In this document: one piece after another, positions 57,959 through 64,000 of the stretch
How the letters are laid out: each line of letters opens with the position of its first letter
Numbering within the stretch: position 1 is the stretch's first letter
Origin: Octopus sinensis
Taxonomy: Eukaryota
Assembly (NCBI RefSeq): GCF_006345805.1
Contig: NC_042999.1
Coordinates: 14,012,001 to 14,076,000, forward strand
Direction: 5' to 3'
Length of the DNA: 64,000 bases
Made by a program: the position numbers and the translations under genes
Notes under the pieces: model-generated
What the model saw: the letters and a program-made list of their open reading frames with translations, nothing else
What the model was told of the DNA's origin: nothing
Database searches by the model: none

Positions 57959-58372
57959 GGTGGCAAGCTGGCAGAATCGTTAGCACGCCGGTCGAAATGC
58001 TTAGCGGTATTTCATCTGCTGTTACATTCTGAGTTCAAATTCCGCCGAGATTGACTTTGCCTTTCATCCTTTTGGGGTCAATAAATTAATTACCAGTTAC
58101 GCACTGGAGTCGATATAATCGACTTAATCCGTTTGTCTGTCCTTGTTTGTCCCCTCTGTGTTTAGCCCCTTGTGGGTAGTAAAGAAATAGGTATTTCGTC
58201 TGCTGCTACGTTCTGAGTTCAAATTCCGCCGAGGTTGAATTTGCCTTTCATCCTTTCAGGGTTGATTAAATAAGTACCAGTTACGCACTGAGGTCGATAT
58301 AATTGACATAATCCGTTTGTCTGTCCTTGTTTATCCTCTCTGTGTTTAGCCCCTCATGGGTAGTAAAGAAAT
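57959..58372 (+). mobile_element. Dimeric family C SINE
   Basis: Head plus two units; flanking direct repeat AGGTATCAGTTCTT. Confidence 0.85.
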
Positions 58373-58490
58373 AGGTATCAGTTCTTGATAGAGCTGTAAG
58401 GGTGCTGTCATGATATATAGTGCTCTTGGATATCTAAATCTAGCAGAGCCCATTCTGCATCCAGTCTGGCCAAGACAGGTGTCTTCAAGA

Positions 58491-58563
<73 letters not shown>

Positions 58564-58772
58564 TGAGTAAAAAGCATAGAGAAAGAGAGAGAGATAGAGA
58601 ACGGCAGATAAATTTTAAAGCATACTTCAAGGCATTTCCATTGATTCTCTGACATTCCCAATGGTCCATTCCACCTCTGTAGATGGGTATTCATTTATTG
58701 ACTTTAAAAGGATCAAATACAAAATTGACACCATCTGGACTAAAACTTAGAATACAAAGAAGCGGAATAAAG

Positions 58773-58857
58773 TACCATTTGATATATTGTATGGTGCTTC
58801 AATAACTCCATTGAAACAATGGAGTTATTTGAGCACCATACAATATATCAAATGGTA
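58773..58857. repeat. Near-perfect 41-bp palindrome with a 3-nt spacer
   Basis: TACCATTTGATATATTGTATGGTGCTTCAATAACTCCATTG-AAA-CAATGGAGTTATTTGAGCACCATACAATATATCAAATGGTA. Confidence 0.95.
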
Positions 58858-59787
58858 GTGTTTTATCTGATAAAAATGGACTTGCATTGAGGTAAATGAA
58901 GCCATCAGTTGTCCAATTTTTTCTTCATCATCATCATCATCATCATTGTTTAACGTCTGCTTTCCAAGCTAGCATGGGTTGGACGATTTGACTGAGGACT
59001 GGCGAACCAGGAGGCTGCCCCAGGCTCCAGTCTGATCTGGCAGAGTTTCTACAGCTGGATGCCCTTCCTAACGCCAACCACTCTGAGAGTGTAAAACTGG
59101 TATTTCCTTAAAACTGGTATTTATTCTATCAATCTCTTTTACTGAACTACTAGGTTATGGGGATGTAAACACACTGACACTGCTTGTCAAGCAGTGGTGA
59201 GAGACAAACACTGACAGAAATACACACTCACACACACACACACACAAAATGAACTTTTTTACTCTTTGTTTACCAAATCCACTCACAAGGCTTTGATTGG
59301 CCCAAGACTATAGTAGCAGACACTTTCCCAAAGTATCAAACGAAAGGACTGAACCCAGAGCCACGTGGTTGGGAAGTAAGCTTCTTACCACGCAGCCACA
59401 CCTGTGCCTATGTTTGAAATAGGTAATACCAACCAAAATCTTATAAAAGGTGCCAACAGGATATATGTAGCAGCACAAAAGTACCGAAATGATTTTATTG
59501 ACTGCATCTGTTTCCCGAAAATATCTTCTCTTATTATCCGAGTTAGAAATACATTATTTGAATAGAAAGTAGTTAAGTTACAGACATAGAAGAACATAGG
59601 ATTAAATTGCCTGTGGTAATACTTTGTGTGCAAGTTCACTGGTGGATAGAGAGGAAGAATGATTATAAAGAATTGTGAACATGATTTTCAAAACATTTTG
59701 ATACAAAGAACTACTAAAATCCATGTTGCTTTGCATAAACACAAATCCATAAAACAACTGTTAGCTTCATGTATGATAGACTTTTAC

Positions 59788-59855
59788 CTTTTGGATAATA
59801 CTTTGTAGTTTTGAGTTCCATTGTTCTGCTTTCGGAGTTTTGTTGTTGTGAAAGG
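59788..59855 (-). other. Candidate 68-nt exon of an unknown transcript
   Basis: aattctctttttag|CCTTTC...CCAAAAG|gtaaaa; all three frames are open; no homology recognised. Confidence 0.35.
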
Positions 59856-60094
59856 CTAAAAAGAGAATTTCAGTGATTGTATTATTTTATTAAGTATAGA
59901 CAAGAATGGGAAATAGAAAGAAACGAGGAAAATAGGTTTGTTCAAGAGGGCAGCAACAACACCGGTTGTTGTCCTCTTGTACACTTGCAATACTTGGAAA
60001 CTTAGAAGAGTGGGAATGGGTTCAATTCCTTTCAGAATTAATGATTCAAGACAATCTCAGAAGAGGATGTGATATGGTATATATATATATATAT

Positions 60095-60270
60095 ATATAT
60101 ATAAATTAGAGAAAAACTACTGTTATGCAATTCAAACAATGATAGACATAAACCAAATCATAGATAAAAAATAAAATATATTTTAAAACATATAACTAGA
60201 TTTATGATTTGGTTTATGTCTATTATTGTTTGAATTGCATAATAGTGGTTTTTCTCTAATTTGTATATAT
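60095..60270. repeat. Foldback: 71-bp inverted arms with a 34-bp spacer
   Basis: 60095-60165 versus 60200-60270, five differences. Confidence 0.92.
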
Positions 60271-60879
60271 TATATATTTATATTGTGAAATTTGATTTAA
60301 TACTAAATTGAATTTTCCCCTGTAAGTTTGGAGTTGTACTCCCTAATATATATATATATATGTCAAGTACATCAACATCAAAATAAATATCAAATGGAAA
60401 TTGTAGTTGTGATACCTGGGCCGGTGGCACATAAAAAGCACCATCCGAATGTGGCCAATACAGCGCCGCCTTGACTGGCTTCTGTGCTGGTGGCAAGTAA
60501 AAAGCACCCACTAGACTCATGGAGTGGTTGGCATAGGAAGGGCATCCAGCTGTAGAAACACTGCCAGATCAGACTGGAGCCTGGTGCGGCCTCCTGGCTT
60601 CCCAAACCCTGGTTGAACCATCCAACCCGTGCTAGCATGGAAAACGGACATTAAACGATGATGATGATTAGGGAGTATAACTCCAAACTTACAGGGAAAA
60701 ATTCAGTTTGGGGTACGCAAGAGCATGCTCCCCGTAGAAAATTCAACTCCCAAAAAGCCTCATGATGGCAAAGGAGAATGGGCAACAACCAGCCCAACAG
60801 TTGGGGTGGGAGGCACCTGCCTACTTTGGTTGCTATGGCATTGAGGTGGATCTGGCCACCCCCATTAACGGGGACAAAA

Positions 60880-61620
60880 CCCAAATCAGGAGAAGATTTG
60901 ATTTGGTTTTTCTCAAACGAGAAAAACTTCGACCAAGATCAAAAAGTTAACAAAAGAAAGGACAGATGGTTATGTGTAGACCCTTCTGAAGTTCCAAGAG
61001 TTATGCTTACAAAATTTCCTGCTACTGTCATACTTTTAGTGGTTGTCAATAATGAAGGACATGTAATGTCTCCTTACGTCTTTCCACAAGGCCTTAGAGT
61101 TAACTCAGCCGCCTACATTGAGGTCCTGGAAATAATTCTTAAGCCCTGGATAGACAGTGTATGCAATGGAAGGCCATATGTGTTTCAGTAAGACTCTGCA
61201 CTGTAAAACATGGCTCTAATAACACAGGAATGGATGGCTGAAAATTTTCATGATCACATAACCCTTAACATTTGGTCTCCTAATTCCCCAGATCTCAATC
61301 CATTGGACTATTACAAGTGGAGCATTGAGAGAGAGAGAGGTCAATGAACATGCCCATAATACCAAAGATTCTTTGAAAGCTGCCATAGTCAGAGTAATGT
61401 CCAAAATGGACCAAGACCACTTGATTTGAGCATGTAGAGGATTTAGATCTCATATAGAAGCAGTTGTTGAAGCTGAAGGTGGCTTTATTGAATAACGTTA
61501 TAGAAAAGAAGGTTTATTTTTATCCTCATAGCATTTTTTGAAAAATAAAGTTATTGTCTGTTATTATACATCTGTTTTTTTATAAACATAAATCTCTCCT
61601 CAAATATCTTACGCACCCTG
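60880..61620 (+). mobile_element. DD37D (maT-type) transposase 3' half with its terminal repeat
   Basis: WFFSNEKNFDQDQKVN..TKFPATV..YIEVLEIILKPW..YVFQ*DSA..WSPNSPDLNPLDY; ends ACGCACCCTG-TA. Confidence 0.85.
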
Positions 61621-61639
61621 TATCTATTGATATAGATAT

Positions 61640-61706
61640 AGATAGATAAACAGACAGACAGAGAGAAAGATTAACAGATAGATAGATAGATAGCTAGCTA
61701 GCTAGC

Positions 61707-61786
<80 letters not shown>

Positions 61787-61808
61787 CAGACAGATAGATA
61801 GATAGATA
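61640..61808. repeat. (GATA)n microsatellite
   Basis: Direct reading. Confidence 0.95.
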
Positions 61809-62034
61809 TGAGGATGGTCTGAAAGGTTTGTTGCCTGACCATGATGCTAGCTAACACTAGAGCTGTGAGTGCATGCATTCATTTCAAATCTCTTTATTTA
61901 TAACTGAATTGTTTCTTTCCAGGAAACTGACATCTGACTTTTCAAAGAAGACTTCGAAAGTAACTAGTAGTGACTTCTCTTGAAAGTTCGATAAAATTAC
62001 CACATGTTAACATGTATAAAAAACTCCTTTTTAA

Positions 62035-62217
62035 TACAGTTCTATATTTAGGAGATAAGGAATTATATACATTATTTACATTATTTTCATTTGACAGATA
62101 TTTACCCTCATCTTGTTTGTTGTTAACACAACGTTTTGGCTGATACACCCTCCAGCCTTCATCAGGTGTCTTGGGGAAATTTCGAACCTGGGTTCTCATT
62201 CCTAAGGTATTTTTCAA

Positions 62218-62279
<62 letters not shown>

Positions 62280-62370
62280 TCACTGCTTGGAATCGAACTT
62301 GGAATCTTGGGGTTAGTAGACCGTGCTCTTAAACACTATGCCATATGCGCATGGGCATATGGCGTAGTTG
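62035..62370 (-). mobile_element. Composite element: tRNA-like head, (AAT)n, minimal hammerhead motif, AT-rich tail
   Basis: Minus strand GCATATGGCATAGTGTTTAAGAGC..CTACTAA..AGTTCGATTCC, then (AAT)n, then GACAC-CTGATGA-A-GGCTG..CAGCC-AAAAC-GTT-GTGTT. Confidence 0.75.
62125..62170 (-). ncRNA. Minimal type-I hammerhead motif, G12 mutated to A in this copy
   Basis: 5-bp helix I (GACAC/GTGTT), 5-bp helix II (GGCTG/CAGCC), palindromic AACGTT helix III; the copy at ~41595 retains CGAA. Confidence 0.7.
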
Positions 62371-62502
62371 TCAAAAATTAGGTTAAAAAAATATGGGAGT
62401 TTCTTATAAATTGATTGTATTATAATCCCTTACAAAACCTTTTTATCAAATTTTAAGCCCTGAATATTAAGGGGTTCCTTATACACATTAAAATATGGTA
62501 CT

Positions 62503-62670
62503 TGGCATCGTGGTGTTAGCAAGTACCTGCAGGAAAAGGCTTTAGCCTCCAACGACATTCATGTTGAAATGGTTGCTACATTAGGAGATGACTCTCCAGT
62601 TTTATCAGCAGCGCATAAGTGAGCAGCTGAATTTAGGATGGCAAGGGAGAATGTTAAAGACAACCCAAAG
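62503..62670 (+). pseudogene. mariner transposase N-terminal fragment (probable 5' TIR at ~61807)
   Basis: HRGVSKYLQEK..DIHVEMVATLGDDSP..HK*AAEFRMARENVKDNP resembles the mariner HTH. Confidence 0.7.
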
Positions 62671-63424
62671 CTAACCCGAACAAGACTTGAACTCCAGAAT
62701 GTAATGAATCAGAATATATTTATTGCAAGGCAATTAATGTTTCTGCCGATCCGCCTCCGTCTGCTTATCATATGAAAGAATTATCATTTGAATAATTTAA
62801 TAGGATTGTGTTTGATGGTGTTGCTACTACTTTATGGTCGATTGGATTAAATACTGAAGTGGATTAGCTATCAGCCGGTGAGTTAATTTCATCAACACTT
62901 GGTACTACATAGTTTGTTATGTTGTTGAATCACTAAGATGGCTGACGTGATGACAGACACTTGATCTATGAACTAAACCTGATAGAAATAGCAGCGAACT
63001 CCTCCTCAATTTATACCAGTGTACTGTGATAGAAAAGACAGAAGGACATTGGATCATATGGTCGTAGGAAGACGGTCATCATCATCGTTTAACGTCCGCT
63101 TTCCATGTTAGCATGGGTTGGACACGATTTGACTGAGGACTGGCGAACTAAATGGCTGTACCAGGTTCCAATCTTGATCTGGCAGAGTTTCTACAACTGG
63201 ATGCCCTTCCTAACACCAACCACTCCGAGAGTGTAGTGGGTGCTTTTATGTGCCACCGGCAGGGGGCCAGTCAAGTGGTACTGGCAATGACCTTGCTCGA
63301 ATCTTTTACACATGCCACTGAGTGAGGTCGTCAAGATAAAAAAGAATTGATGGTTGTGGCTGGAATGTTTTAAATCGAAGCTCACCACCTTAACAACAAC
63401 AATATTTTGGAAAATGAACATATT

Positions 63425-63822
63425 CTTTTCTACTCTAGGCACAAGGCCTGAAATTTTAGGGGAGGGAGCCAGTTGATTAAATCAACACCACTATGCAACT
63501 GGTACTTAATTTATCAACCCCGAAAGGATGAAAGGCAAAGTCAACCTTAATGGAATTTGAAGTCAGAACGTAGCGGCAGACGAAATACCTATTTCTTTAC
63601 TACCCACAAAGGGCTAAACACAGAGGGGACAAACAAGGACAGACAGACGGATTAAGTCAATTACATCGACTCCAGTGCATAACTGGTACTTATTTAATCG
63701 ACCCCAAAAGGATGAAAGGCAAAGTCGAACTCGACGGAATTTGAACTCAAAACGTAACAGCAGACGAAATACTGCTAAGCATTTCGCCTGGCGTGCTTAC
63801 GATTCTGCCAGCTTGCCATCTT
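63425..63822 (-). mobile_element. Dimeric family C SINE
   Basis: Same layout as 32806-33198. Confidence 0.85.
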
Positions 63823-64000
63823 AAAAATGACACATTTTACAAGTTGAAGAGAGAACCTCTATGTGTTCATGCAGTCAGCTAGAAATAGCAGCCAAATCTC
63901 CCTCAAATCCCCGCCCTCTATCACAAGCTCCACCACTGTATTAACAAAATGAACTGGGTAGATGATGTCGTCATAGGCTGGCTTTCTGCAGATAGAAAGA

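Noticed and set aside
62275-62350. tRNA gene
   Set aside because: No acceptor stem, followed by (AAT)n; it is a repeat head, like the other tRNA-like sequences in the window

Overview
AT-rich, repeat-saturated eukaryotic DNA, most likely octopus (coleoid cephalopod), judged from its tRNA-derived SINE families and its heavy load of TA/CA/GAT/TAA microsatellites. I could not recognise any host protein-coding gene. Nearly all ORFs in the supplied track are microsatellite or SINE read-throughs. The protein-like ORFs are transposon relics: an IR-DR Tc1 element (17726-20641) carrying three nested SINEs, an RTE LINE, an R4/Dong-type RT fragment abutting (TAA)n, two DD37D (maT) fragments and a mariner fragment. 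There are also Merlin-, hAT-, piggyBac- and Tc-like MITEs. The least expected signal is at the RNA level. Three different repeat families carry minimal type-I hammerhead-ribozyme motifs of the Penelope kind, most of them decayed, and one family joins a tRNA-like Pol III head to the hammerhead. The window also has long near-perfect hairpins, multimeric SINEs bounded by single TSDs, and a 1.1 kb tandem duplication that is probably an assembly artefact. All calls were made by eye. Most repeat boundaries are approximate, and only representative SINE copies are listed.
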